Source: Pseudomonadota bacterium (GTDB lineage Bacteria > Desulfobacterota > Desulfobacteria > Desulfobacterales > Desulfosarcinaceae). From it: a stretch of 64,000 nucleotides of DNA. The notes beneath the pieces were generated by a model. It did no database searches, was not told the origin of the DNA, and saw only the letters and a program-made list of their open reading frames with translations. The stretch is taken from the NCBI GenBank assembly GCA_023435265.1, contig JAEYRZ010000180.1, positions 10,439 to 74,438 of the forward strand, written 5' to 3'. This document shows positions 44,485 through 53,803 of the stretch, one piece after another (the first letter of the stretch is position 1; every line of letters begins with the position of its first letter). Position numbers and translations under genes: made by a program.

Positions 44485-47277
44485 ATGCAGACAAGGGTTG
44501 CATTCCTGAAATGGCTGCCTGTGATCCTGCTTACGCTGATCTGGCTGCCGGGCCGACCCGAAGCCCGTCAATCCGACCGGCTGCTGCCGGCGGTGGTGGC
44601 GCAGATCGATATCCGTACGGAGACCGATCCCGAGGGACTTGATCCCGAGGGCCATTGGCCGGCTCTGGCCCGCGCATTGCTCGGATTTCAGGAAGGGGAA
44701 CGCCTCTCGGCCGAGCGGCTGGACGAGGCGCTGAACGACCTGGCCAAGCTGGCCCGGGTGGAAAGCGAAATTTCGCAAATCGAGGGCGGCGTTCGGCTGA
44801 CCCTGAGGCTGGCGCCGTACCGAAGAATCAAAAGCATCGCCATAGAGGACAATTACCCGCTCTTCGACCGCGACGTGGCCAATGCCATGACCGTCGCGCC
44901 CGGCGATCTTTTCATTCCGGAAGCCGTCGCCCGGCAGGCCGAATTGATCGAAGCGCGGTATCGGTCCGAAGGGTATATCGATCCGCGGGCGAAAATCGCC
45001 TGGGCCGAGGACCCCGAGGACGGACACTACCATCTCACCGTCACGATCGAAAAAGGTGTCTACTACCGGCATGGCGCGATGCGCTTCGCGGGCAATCGGG
45101 CGTTCAGCGACGAGCGGCTGCGCCTGCGTATTCTGGGATGGCGCACCTTGACGGGACTTTTCGCCGGGGACCGGTTTATAGCCAAGGATTTCGACGAGGA
45201 GGTCAAGGAACTGACCGCCTTTTACCGCGCCGAGGGCTATGCCGACGTATCCATCGTTTCCGATATCGCCCGCGACCCCGCGGCACAGCAGGTCGACACG
45301 CGGATCGAAATCCGTGAGGGCCCGCTTTATACCATCTCCTTCGCCGGGAATGCATTTTTCCCGGACCGCCGTCTGCGCGAGGACCTGGCGCTGTTCGAGA
45401 TCGGCAACCGGGGCAATATCGGCCTGCGGCGCAGCCTGCACAACATCCGCAGGCGCTACACGCGGAGCGGTTTCGCCGACATCGCCGTGCGCTGGGAAGA
45501 GGCTTCCGCCCAAGAGGATTCCCGGCACAGGCGGATTACCATCCGCATCGACGAAGGCCCGCGCTATATCGTGGAGGCGGTGCACATCCGGGGCAACACC
45601 GAACTGGACGAGGCAGCCATCCGCGGCCAGATGCTGACCCGACCCCCGCGTACGCTGGACGACGGCGCCTTTGCGGCGGCGGCGCTGGAAGAGGATCTGC
45701 AGGCCATTCGGTCGCTCTATCTCAGCAATGGTTTCCTGGATGCGCGGATCGGGAACGAGATCCAGATCGATCCCCTGACGCAGCGGGTCAGCCTGCGGGT
45801 CGACATTCAGGAAGGCGTGCGCACCGTAGTCGAGCGGATCGATATCGAGGAGGATACGCCGCTTTCGATCGAGCAGTTGCAGGCCGTGGTGCCGTTTTCG
45901 GCCGGCGACCCGTATCGGCCGTACCTGATGCAGAGCGCTGTCAATGCCTTGGCCGCGCAGATTTCACCACTCGGCTATCCGCATGTCCAGGTGTCCGATG
46001 CGGTGACGATTTCCGAAGACGGCCGGAAGGCGCGGATCCAGTTCAAGATCGAAAAAGGGCCTTTGGTTCGCGTCGGTCCCTTGTTTTTCGCCGGCAATTT
46101 CAAGACGCGCACGGCGGTCCTGCAGCGCGAACTGGGTTTCGAATCCGGACAGCGTTTTTCCCTGGCCGACGTGCTTGCCGCACAGCGCAACCTGCGCAAC
46201 CTGGGGCTTTTCGATTCGGTTCAGGTGCGCACCATGGGCCTCAAGGAGAAGGCCCCGAATGTGCCCATGTTGATCGAGGTCAAGGAAAAAGACCCTTATT
46301 ATTTCGAGATCGGCGCCGGGTATCAAACCGACAAAGGACCCTACCTGCGGTCGCGGGTGGGCGATCGCAATTTCCGGGGCAAGGACCAGGAGGTGTGGAG
46401 CGCAGGGGAGGCGAGCGGCATCGGATACCGCTGGGACGTCGGCATTTCCAATCCCCGCCTGCTGGGCACGCGCATCAAGGCCGACCTCGGAACGTTCTCC
46501 GAACAGCAGGAACTGCTGAATCAGGAGTTCGGCACCCGCATCAGCGGCGGGAGCGTGCTCTTATCACGGGCTCTGGGTGCGCGCATTTCGAGTTCGCTCG
46601 GCTGGCGGTACGAATACCGCGAACAGTACCTGCGCAACGGCGACACGGACGAATCGGACGAAGCCCTGGATCCGCGCAGCATCCTGGTGACCACGCCGTC
46701 CATCCGCTACGACAGCCGCGACTCGTTTGTCCAACCGCGCCGAGGTTTATACACCAGCCTTTCGGTGGACATTTCCACGGGTCTGCAGAATTCGCTCGAC
46801 AACTTCCTGCGCTATCGATTCGACGTGCGCCATTTCTATTCGCCGTTCGCGCGCCTGACGCTGGCCTCACTGGCTCGGGCCGGATATCTGTCTACCTACG
46901 GGGGGGATTCAATCGTTCCTCAGGACCAGCTTTTCTATCTGGGGGGCTTCGCCGATGTGCGCGGATTCGAGGAGAACATGCTGCGTTTCGATGCCGACGG
47001 CGACCCGGTCGGCGGCCGGCTGGCGCTCAACGGCAGCCTGGAGGCGCGTTACGATCTCGGCCGCGGCTTCGAAATGGGCACGTTCGTGGATGCGGGCAGC
47101 CTGCGCGAGACACAGACCGGCGCCCTGGGCAACGACGAATTCCGCTGGACGGCCGGGCTGGCGCTGCGTTACATCACGCCGATCGGACCCATCGGCCTGA
47201 TTTACGGCCACAAGTTGAACCCCCAGTCGGACGAGAGCCCCGGACGCTTCCACTTTACAATCGGGTACACCTTTTAA
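44485..47277 (+). CDS. Omp85-family outer membrane protein (BamA/TamA-like, multiple POTRA repeats)
   Basis: Signal-like N-terminus and repeated POTRA-like modules (...I.I.GN..f.d..l...). C-terminal barrel ending in GRFHFTIGYTF, with a terminal aromatic residue. Confidence 0.85.
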   Translation: MQTRVAFLKWLPVILLTLIWLPGRPEARQSDRLLPAVVAQIDIRTETDPEGLDPEGHWPALARALLGFQEGERLSAERLDEALNDLAKLARVESEISQIEGGVRLTLRLAPYRRIKSIAIEDNYPLFDRDVANAMTVAPGDLFIPEAVARQAELIEARYRSEGYIDPRAKIAWAEDPEDGHYHLTVTIEKGVYYRHGAMRFAGNRAFSDERLRLRILGWRTLTGLFAGDRFIAKDFDEEVKELTAFYRAEGYADVSIVSDIARDPAAQQVDTRIEIREGPLYTISFAGNAFFPDRRLREDLALFEIGNRGNIGLRRSLHNIRRRYTRSGFADIAVRWEEASAQEDSRHRRITIRIDEGPRYIVEAVHIRGNTELDEAAIRGQMLTRPPRTLDDGAFAAAALEEDLQAIRSLYLSNGFLDARIGNEIQIDPLTQRVSLRVDIQEGVRTVVERIDIEEDTPLSIEQLQAVVPFSAGDPYRPYLMQSAVNALAAQISPLGYPHVQVSDAVTISEDGRKARIQFKIEKGPLVRVGPLFFAGNFKTRTAVLQRELGFESGQRFSLADVLAAQRNLRNLGLFDSVQVRTMGLKEKAPNVPMLIEVKEKDPYYFEIGAGYQTDKGPYLRSRVGDRNFRGKDQEVWSAGEASGIGYRWDVGISNPRLLGTRIKADLGTFSEQQELLNQEFGTRISGGSVLLSRALGARISSSLGWRYEYREQYLRNGDTDESDEALDPRSILVTTPSIRYDSRDSFVQPRRGLYTSLSVDISTGLQNSLDNFLRYRFDVRHFYSPFARLTLASLARAGYLSTYGGDSIVPQDQLFYLGGFADVRGFEENMLRFDADGDPVGGRLALNGSLEARYDLGRGFEMGTFVDAGSLRETQTGALGNDEFRWTAGLALRYITPIGPIGLIYGHKLNPQSDESPGRFHFTIGYTF

Positions 47278-47316
47278 ACAACGCCGTTGTCAAGCGCCGG
47301 TCTTGTCTATTGACAC

Positions 47317-47365
47317 CTGGCACACCTGAACCGCGCCTCGAACCAGACTGGAACTTTCCAGATAA
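47317..47365 (+). repeat. MITE-like dispersed repeat, copy D (right-half fragment)
   Basis: CTGGCACACCTGAACCGCGCCTCGAACCAGACTGGAACTTTCCAGATAA matches the right ends of copies A and B. Confidence 0.8.
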
Positions 47366-47434
47366 GCTAAAGCTCATTACTGTCGCAAAAAGGTGCGACA
47401 GCGAATTTTGACAGATCGTAAGCAGTATTCTTAG

Positions 47435-47505
47435 ATCACAGAGGTCACAGGGAATTATGTGTATTTCTAACATGCTGTCTCTGTGCTCTCTGTGTCCTCT
47501 GTGGT
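47435..47505. repeat. 9-mer (..ACAGAG) tandem-palindrome hairpin element, copy 4
   Basis: ATCACAGAG-GTCACAGGG, an AT-rich loop, then TCTCTGTGC-TCTCTGTGT-CCTCTGTGGT. Confidence 0.8.
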
Positions 47506-47616
47506 CATTCGGCCCTTTTTAGAGTCCATCGATTTTTACGAGTAAATCAAATCACGATCGTTTGTATGAGCCCCCACCGCCCCCTATTGGAACTCCCGGC
47601 ACCCGCTAAAAATGTA

Positions 47617-47662
47617 TTGACAAGTGACATGAAGGTCCATAAAACTGACTGAGCACTCAGTT
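47617..47662 (+). promoter_or_regulatory. candidate promoter plus palindromic operator of tetR-sulP
   Basis: TTGACA (47617-22), a 17-nt spacer, TAAAAC (47640-45). This overlaps AACTGACTGAGCACTCAGTT, whose core is CTGAG-CA-CTCAG at 47649-60. It lies 13 nt upstream of the ATG. Confidence 0.5.
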
Positions 47663-47674
47663 AAAGGATCGATC

Positions 47675-48280
47675 ATGTCCAAGAAGGCCGAAATCCTGCG
47701 TGCCGCTACTCAATTGCTGGCCGTCAAGGGATACAGCGAAGCCTCGATGGCCGAGCTGGCCAAAATGACCCATGTGGCCCAGGGCACCATCTTTTATCAC
47801 TACAACAACAAGGAAGAACTCTTCCTGGCCATCCTGGCCGCATTCAAGGAAGAGATCGTCGCCCGCTTCGCCAATTATCAACAGGATCACGAGTTTGCGA
47901 GCGGCTTGGCCATGATGGACAACGTGATCGCCTTCTATCTGCACCTCACGGCTGAAATGGAAGACCGTTTCATGCTGCTGCACCGGCACGATGCCTACGA
48001 ACTGGCCCGCATCAACCCGACCTGTCATCAGTACCTGGAATCGATATACAACTGCCTTTTCGATATTTTCGAACAGGCGATCCGACGGGGCCAAACCGAT
48101 GGTTCCATTCGGCCCGGACCGGCGCGCCGCCTTGCGATGATCGTCTTCAGCATGGTGGACGGGCTGGTGCGGTTCGACACCTATAACCTCTACGATGCAG
48201 GCGTTTTGTATGAAGACGTGGTGCAGGCCTGCCGCACCATTCTTCAAAACAATTCCCATCCACCGTCCAGGAGCGTTTGA
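47675..48280 (+). CDS. TetR/AcrR-family transcriptional regulator
   Basis: HTH segment ILRAATQLLAVKGYSEASMAELAKMTHVAQGTIFYHYNNKEELF. Its stop overlaps the sulP start (ATGA-type overlap). Confidence 0.9.
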   Translation: MSKKAEILRAATQLLAVKGYSEASMAELAKMTHVAQGTIFYHYNNKEELFLAILAAFKEEIVARFANYQQDHEFASGLAMMDNVIAFYLHLTAEMEDRFMLLHRHDAYELARINPTCHQYLESIYNCLFDIFEQAIRRGQTDGSIRPGPARRLAMIVFSMVDGLVRFDTYNLYDAGVLYEDVVQACRTILQNNSHPPSRSV

Positions 48281-50412
48281 TGCTGACCAAAATCTTTCCG
48301 TTTTTAAGGTGGTTCAAAGGCTACAGCGCCGGACAATTCAAAGCCGACGCGGTAGCGGGTTTGACGGTAGCGCTGGTCCTGATCCCCCAGTCGATGGCCT
48401 ACGCCCAGCTGGCCGGTCTGCCGGTTTATTATGGTCTGTATGCCTCTTTTCTGCCGCCCATGATCGCCGCGCTGTTCGGCTCGAGCCGCCAGCTGGCCAC
48501 CGGCCCGGTCGCCGTGGTCTCGCTGATGACTGCGGCCTCCCTCGAACCGCTGGCCACCGCCGGCAGCTCCGGGTATGTCGCCTACGCCATTCTCCTGGCC
48601 CTGATGGTCGGCGGGTTCCAGCTGCTGCTGGGCATTCTGCGGCTCGGGCTGGTCGTCAACTTCCTCTCCCATCCGGTGGTCAACGGGTTTACCAACGCCG
48701 CGGCCATCATCATCGCCACTTCCCAGCTTTCCAAGATGTTCGGCGTATACGTCGATTCGGCGACCCACCACTACGAAACCATCTGGCGGGTGGTGCAGGC
48801 GGCGATCCAGTTCACCCATTGGCCCTCCCTGATCATGGGCGTTTTCGCTTTTGCCCTGATGTACGCACTGAAGACCTTCGCCCCGCGCATTCCGAACGTG
48901 CTGGTGGCGGTCGTGCTGACCACGACCGTGGCCTGGATGATCGGTTTCGAACACAACCGGAAGCTTCCGGCGGAGACAATCGCTTCGCCGCACGTCCGCG
49001 ACTTGATCGCCCGCTTCAATCAGGCCACCGAGAGCATCAACGCGACCGCCGAAGCGCGGACCCAGGTGAATCAAAAAGTGAGCCAGGCGGCCGAACATCA
49101 TGACGCCATGGGCGTGCTCGACGCGCAGCACGATGCGGAGGTGATCGGCTTGAACCTGCAGCGCGCCAAGGAGGAACAGCAGCATTACCGGCAGGAGTTG
49201 CGCCAGGTGGTGCTCAAAGGCGTTCCCCAGCCCGGCGGGGGGCTGCTGTTCTATCCTGAAGCCGAGCTGCCCGGTGGAACCGAAACCGACGGCCGGCGCT
49301 GGCGTGTGCGGGTCGGCAATTCCAGGCTGGATGAAAATGCCCTGACCATGATGGGCGGCGGCGCGGTGGTGGGCAGCATCCCCAAGGGGATTCCGACGCT
49401 TTCGATTCCGGAATTCAACATGGCCGTCATGCTGCGTCTGTTTCCGTTTGCGGCCATCATCTCGCTGCTCGGCTTCATGGAGGCGATCTCCATCGCCAAG
49501 GCCATGGCCGCCAAAACCGGCCAGCGCCTGGATCCGAACCAGGAACTGATCGGACAGGGGCTCTCCAACATCCTGGGCGCGGTCGGAAAAGGATATCCGG
49601 TTTCCGGTTCGTTCTCCCGTTCGGCGGTCAACCTGCAGGCCGGCGCCGTCACCGGCTTGTCGAGCGTGTTCACCAGCCTGATGGTGGTCATCGCCCTGCT
49701 CTTTTTCACGCCGCTGCTCTACCATCTGCCCCAGGCCGTGCTGGCCGCGGTCATCATGATGGCGGTCATCGGCCTGATCAACGTTTCCGGTTTCGTGCAC
49801 GCCTGGCGCGCAAAATGGTATGACGGCGCCATTTCGATCATCTCTTTTCTGGCCACTCTGGCCTTCGCGCCGCACCTCGACAAAGGCATCATGATCGGCG
49901 TCGCGCTCTCGCTGTGCGTCTTTCTGTACAAAAGCATGCGGCCCAAGGTGGCGTCGCTGGCCCGCGCCGATGACGACGCCCTGCGCTGCGTGACGACGCA
50001 CGGTCTCAAGGAGTGCGCGCATATCGCCATGGTCCGGTTCGACGGTCCGCTCTTCTTTGCCAATTCGAGTTATCTCGAGGACAAGATTATGGAGCTCATG
50101 CGCGCCAAACCGAAACTCAGGCACATCATCCTGGTGAGCAACGGCATCAACGATATCGACGCCTCGGGGGAAGAGACGTTGTCGCTGCTCATCGATCGCG
50201 TGCGCAGCGCGGGGGTGAACATTTCGCTGAGCGGCGTGAACGAAGCCGTCATGCAGGTGCTGGAGCGGACGCATCTGACGGAGAAAGTCGGCCCTGACAA
50301 CCTCTTTCCGACCATGGAGCGGGCAATTCAGAAGATGCATCCGGTGGCGCATGCGGACAGCCTGGAACCGGAGTGCCCGTTGCTGACCGTCTGTCGATTG
50401 GTTGAAAATTAA
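48277..50412 (+). CDS. SulP-family anion transporter with C-terminal STAS domain and a large internal insertion
   Basis: N-terminal segment AGLTVALVLIPQSMAYAQLAGLPVYYGLYASFLP is typical of SulP. A STAS-like C-terminus is present (MVRFDGPLFFANSSYLED...). At 711 aa it is longer than the usual ~550-600 aa. Confidence 0.9.
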   Translation: MMLTKIFPFLRWFKGYSAGQFKADAVAGLTVALVLIPQSMAYAQLAGLPVYYGLYASFLPPMIAALFGSSRQLATGPVAVVSLMTAASLEPLATAGSSGYVAYAILLALMVGGFQLLLGILRLGLVVNFLSHPVVNGFTNAAAIIIATSQLSKMFGVYVDSATHHYETIWRVVQAAIQFTHWPSLIMGVFAFALMYALKTFAPRIPNVLVAVVLTTTVAWMIGFEHNRKLPAETIASPHVRDLIARFNQATESINATAEARTQVNQKVSQAAEHHDAMGVLDAQHDAEVIGLNLQRAKEEQQHYRQELRQVVLKGVPQPGGGLLFYPEAELPGGTETDGRRWRVRVGNSRLDENALTMMGGGAVVGSIPKGIPTLSIPEFNMAVMLRLFPFAAIISLLGFMEAISIAKAMAAKTGQRLDPNQELIGQGLSNILGAVGKGYPVSGSFSRSAVNLQAGAVTGLSSVFTSLMVVIALLFFTPLLYHLPQAVLAAVIMMAVIGLINVSGFVHAWRAKWYDGAISIISFLATLAFAPHLDKGIMIGVALSLCVFLYKSMRPKVASLARADDDALRCVTTHGLKECAHIAMVRFDGPLFFANSSYLEDKIMELMRAKPKLRHIILVSNGINDIDASGEETLSLLIDRVRSAGVNISLSGVNEAVMQVLERTHLTEKVGPDNLFPTMERAIQKMHPVAHADSLEPECPLLTVCRLVEN

Positions 50413-50429
50413 TGCGATGGGAGTCTGCC

Positions 50430-51656
50430 ATGTCTATTATCTCGATTTTTAACGGAACCTTCTGTAATGTCGAAGCCGTGGTGAAGGCGCTGCAGCAGCG
50501 GACCGGCGCAAGGCTGCTCACCGATACCGATCTCGTGGCGATGGCCGGGTCCCTCTCGGGCCTTCCCGAACCCAAGATCGAACGCGCCTTTTCAGCGCAG
50601 CCTTCCTTGTTCAACAAGTTCACACATGAGCGCGAACGGGCCGTGGCCCATCTGCGTCAGGCGCTGGCACGCGAGCTGGAACAGGACGCGTTGATCATCG
50701 AGGGGTTTGCCGGGCAGTTGATTCCGCGTTCGATCAGCCATGTGCTCAAGGTGTGCCTGATCGCCGACCTCAAGGCCCGGACGCAAACCGCGAGCAGCGC
50801 CATGGGGGTAACCGCCCCGGAGGCGGTGAAGCTGATCCGCAAGCAGGACGAAGACCGCGCCGCATGGATGCACTATGTCTGGAATGCGAACGATCCGTGG
50901 GATGCCGGGATTTACGATATGGTTCTGCCTACGGATAAAATGGAGCCGGCGGCGGTCGTGAACGCGATTGTCGAAAACGCCGGCGCGGCGGTGTTGCGCA
51001 GGACGCCGCGTTCGCGCAAGGCGATCGACGATTTCAAGCTTGCGGCCGAGGTCGAGATCGCGCTGGTCCGTGAAGGCCACCAGGTCTCGGTTGCAGTGCA
51101 GGACGGCGCGGTGAGCCTGACAATCGACAAACACGTGCTCATGCTGGGGCGTCTGGAAAATGAACTCAAAGCGGCGGCCTCCAAGGTGCCGGGCGTGCGC
51201 AGCGTCCAGACCAAGGTCGGCCCCGGTTTCTACCAGGCGGACATCTATCGCCGACAGGATTTCAATATGCCTTCGAAAATTTTGCTGGTGGATGACGAAC
51301 GCGAATTCGTGCAAACGCTCAGCGAACGCTTGCTGATGCGCGACCTGGGTTCCGCGGTGGCGTACGACGGCGAGTCGGCCCTCGAAGTGGCCCGCGAGGA
51401 GGAGCCGGACGTGATGATCCTCGACCTGAAAATGCCGGGCATCGACGGCATCGAAGTGTTGCGCAGGGTCAAAACCACCCAGCCGGACATCGAGGTGATC
51501 ATACTCACCGGCCACGGCACAGACAAAGACCGCCAGATCTGCATGCAGCTGGGGGCTTTTGCCTATTTGCAAAAGCCGGTGGATGTGGAAGAATTGAGTG
51601 CGACCATCCAGCGCGCCAACGAGAAGATCAGGGCCCGGCGCAATCTGCCTCAGTAA
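50430..51656 (+). CDS. response regulator with N-terminal cytidylate-kinase-like (P-loop-degenerate) and BON domains
   Basis: Start MSIISIFNG lies after GGGAG. The segment LIIEGFAGQLIP...KVCLIADLKARTQ...IRKQDEDRAAWMHYVWNANDPWDAGIYDMVL resembles the Cytidylate_kin2 family. The BON-like segment is VSVAVQDGAVSLTIDKHV...VPGVRSVQTKV. The REC domain is ILLVDDEREF...ILDLKMPGIDG...LQKP. Confidence 0.75.
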   Translation: MSIISIFNGTFCNVEAVVKALQQRTGARLLTDTDLVAMAGSLSGLPEPKIERAFSAQPSLFNKFTHERERAVAHLRQALARELEQDALIIEGFAGQLIPRSISHVLKVCLIADLKARTQTASSAMGVTAPEAVKLIRKQDEDRAAWMHYVWNANDPWDAGIYDMVLPTDKMEPAAVVNAIVENAGAAVLRRTPRSRKAIDDFKLAAEVEIALVREGHQVSVAVQDGAVSLTIDKHVLMLGRLENELKAAASKVPGVRSVQTKVGPGFYQADIYRRQDFNMPSKILLVDDEREFVQTLSERLLMRDLGSAVAYDGESALEVAREEEPDVMILDLKMPGIDGIEVLRRVKTTQPDIEVIILTGHGTDKDRQICMQLGAFAYLQKPVDVEELSATIQRANEKIRARRNLPQ

Positions 51657-51687
51657 TGCCGGGCGGGGTTTACAGGCGGAATCGGGA

Positions 51688-53451
51688 ATGCCATTTCTGG
51701 ATAAAATCATCCCCGCGTTCAGAAACGCGCAGACGGCGTCCACCGGGCAGGGCGAACCGCTGTTGAACTACCGACGGATCTGGAAACTCTCGGTCCTGCT
51801 GACCGGCGTGGTGGCGCTGGTGCCGCTGATCTTCATCACCCTGGTCGATTACCATGTCACCGAGCAGGCCCTGGTTTCCGAATTCAAGCTGCGCACCGCG
51901 CGCAATGTTTCCAACATGCGCCGCACCATCGAATTCTTTCTTACCGAGCGGCGGTCTGCCCTGGCCTTCATCGTGCGCGACAACCCGCCGGCCGCGCTCT
52001 ACGATCCGCAACGCCTGCGCACGATTCTGGACGGCCTGCAGAAAAGCTTCGGCGGCGGTTTCATGGACCTGGGCGTGATCGACGCCGCCGGCCGGCAGCA
52101 CACGTACGTGGGCCCCTACAATCTGCAGAACAAGAATTACGCCGACCAACCCTGGTTCCAGCAGGTGGTCGATCGCGGCGTCTACATCAGCGATGTGTTC
52201 CTCGGCTATCGCAATGTGCCGCACCTGGTGATCGCGATCCGCCAGGATCTGCCGGCGAGCGCTTTTCACATCCTGCGGGCTTCGATCGGGATCGCCGCGT
52301 TCCAGGAGCTTTTGGCCGATATGGAGCTGGCGGGTTCGGGAGACGCCTTCATCGTCAATCGTGACGGTATTCTGCAGACCAATTCACGCTCGCACGGCAA
52401 GGTGCTGGAAAAGATCGGCCTCTCCATTCCCGGATACCGCGGGACCACGATCGTCCACGAGGAAGTGACCGCGCGGGAGGAAGCGCTGCTGATCGGCTAC
52501 CGCTTCATCGAGGAGACGCCGTTCATCCTGATGGTCGTCAAGAACAAGGCCCTCCTGATGCAGCCCTGGCGGAGCACCAGGCTGGGCCTGATCATCTTCC
52601 TGGCGGTCAGCGTCACCGTCATCCTGGCCGTGATTCTGGGTACGGCCACCTTCATGGTGCGCAGGATTCGCATTTCGGACGAAAAGCGCCTGATGACCCT
52701 GCATCAGGTCGAATACGCCAGCAAAATGGCCACCATCGGGCGCATGGCGGCCAGCGTGGCCCACGAAATCAATAATCCGCTGGCGATCATCAATGAAAAA
52801 GCAGGCCTGATCAAAGATCTCTTTACTATCAAAAAGCTCTACGCCGCCGATGCCAAGCTTTTCGGCCTGGTGGATTCCATTCTGGCTTCGGTCGCCCGCG
52901 CAGGGCGCATCACCAAGCGCCTTCTGACCTTCGCACGCAATCTGGAGGCCAGGCTGGAGACCATCCGGCTCGAGGAAATCATTCGCGAAGTGCTGAGCTT
53001 TCTGGAGAAAGAAGCCGAACTGCGCAACATCCAGATTCAGCTGACCGTTCAACCCGATACCCCCGATATCCACAGCGACCGGGGCAAACTGCAGCAGATC
53101 TTCCTGAACATCATCAACAATGCGTTTGCCGCGATGAGCGATAACGGCCGGCTCGAAATCCGGGCCGGCCTCGAAAACGCCGATCAGGTGCGGGTGCAGA
53201 TCTGCGACAACGGCTGCGGGATCGCGGCGGAACACCTGCCGCATATTTTCGAACCCTTTTTCTCCACCCGCACCGGACAGGGCGGCACCGGCCTGGGCTT
53301 GTCGATCACCTACAACCTGACCAAAGAGATCGGGGGCCATATACAGGTCACCAGCGAGCCGGGCCTGGGGACCTGTTTCAACGTTTTTCTGCCCCTGGCC
53401 GCCGAGCCGCAGGAAAAAGAGGCCGAGAATGCGTGTACTGTTAGTCGATGA
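51688..53451 (+). CDS. sensor histidine kinase (two TM segments flanking a Cache-like periplasmic domain; HisKA and HATPase)
   Basis: Start MPFLDKIIP. H-box SVAHEINNPLA, N-box FLNIINNAFAAM, G1 DNGCGI, G2 GGTGLGLS. Confidence 0.85.
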   Translation: MPFLDKIIPAFRNAQTASTGQGEPLLNYRRIWKLSVLLTGVVALVPLIFITLVDYHVTEQALVSEFKLRTARNVSNMRRTIEFFLTERRSALAFIVRDNPPAALYDPQRLRTILDGLQKSFGGGFMDLGVIDAAGRQHTYVGPYNLQNKNYADQPWFQQVVDRGVYISDVFLGYRNVPHLVIAIRQDLPASAFHILRASIGIAAFQELLADMELAGSGDAFIVNRDGILQTNSRSHGKVLEKIGLSIPGYRGTTIVHEEVTAREEALLIGYRFIEETPFILMVVKNKALLMQPWRSTRLGLIIFLAVSVTVILAVILGTATFMVRRIRISDEKRLMTLHQVEYASKMATIGRMAASVAHEINNPLAIINEKAGLIKDLFTIKKLYAADAKLFGLVDSILASVARAGRITKRLLTFARNLEARLETIRLEEIIREVLSFLEKEAELRNIQIQLTVQPDTPDIHSDRGKLQQIFLNIINNAFAAMSDNGRLEIRAGLENADQVRVQICDNGCGIAAEHLPHIFEPFFSTRTGQGGTGLGLSITYNLTKEIGGHIQVTSEPGLGTCFNVFLPLAAEPQEKEAENACTVSR

Positions 53452-53803
53452 CGAGATGGAACTGGTTTCCGCGCTGGCCGAACGGTTGCAGCTGCGCGGC
53501 GTCGAGGCCGAATGGACGACCAGCGCGGAGGCGGCGCTGCAGCTGGCCGACTCCCGATCGTACGACCTGGCCGTGCTCGACATGAAAATGCCCAAGATCG
53601 GCGGACTGGAGCTCAAAGCGCGCCTGAATTCCATCCAGCCGCGCATGCAGTTTATTTTCCTGACCGGCTACGGCTCGAAGGAAGATTATGAAAAAGTAGC
53701 CTGCCAGGCCGGCGAGACATGTTATCTGGTGAAGCCCGTCGACATCCAGGTGCTGGTCGATCGGATGCATGAACTGCTGCCGGAAGCGGGGAGGGGAATA
53801 TGA
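53429..53803 (+). CDS. single-domain response regulator (REC)
   Basis: MRVLLVDDEMELV...VLDMKMPKIGG...LVKP. It overlaps the kinase gene's 3' end. Confidence 0.85.
   Translation: MRVLLVDDEMELVSALAERLQLRGVEAEWTTSAEAALQLADSRSYDLAVLDMKMPKIGGLELKARLNSIQPRMQFIFLTGYGSKEDYEKVACQAGETCYLVKPVDIQVLVDRMHELLPEAGRGI

Noticed and set aside
48304-50352. A 682-aa ORF on the minus strand, antisense to the SulP gene.
   Set aside because: It is a typical high-GC shadow ORF. The composition is low-complexity and rich in Arg, Gly, His, Asp and Gln, with no recognisable motifs. It lies exactly opposite a well-supported SulP gene.
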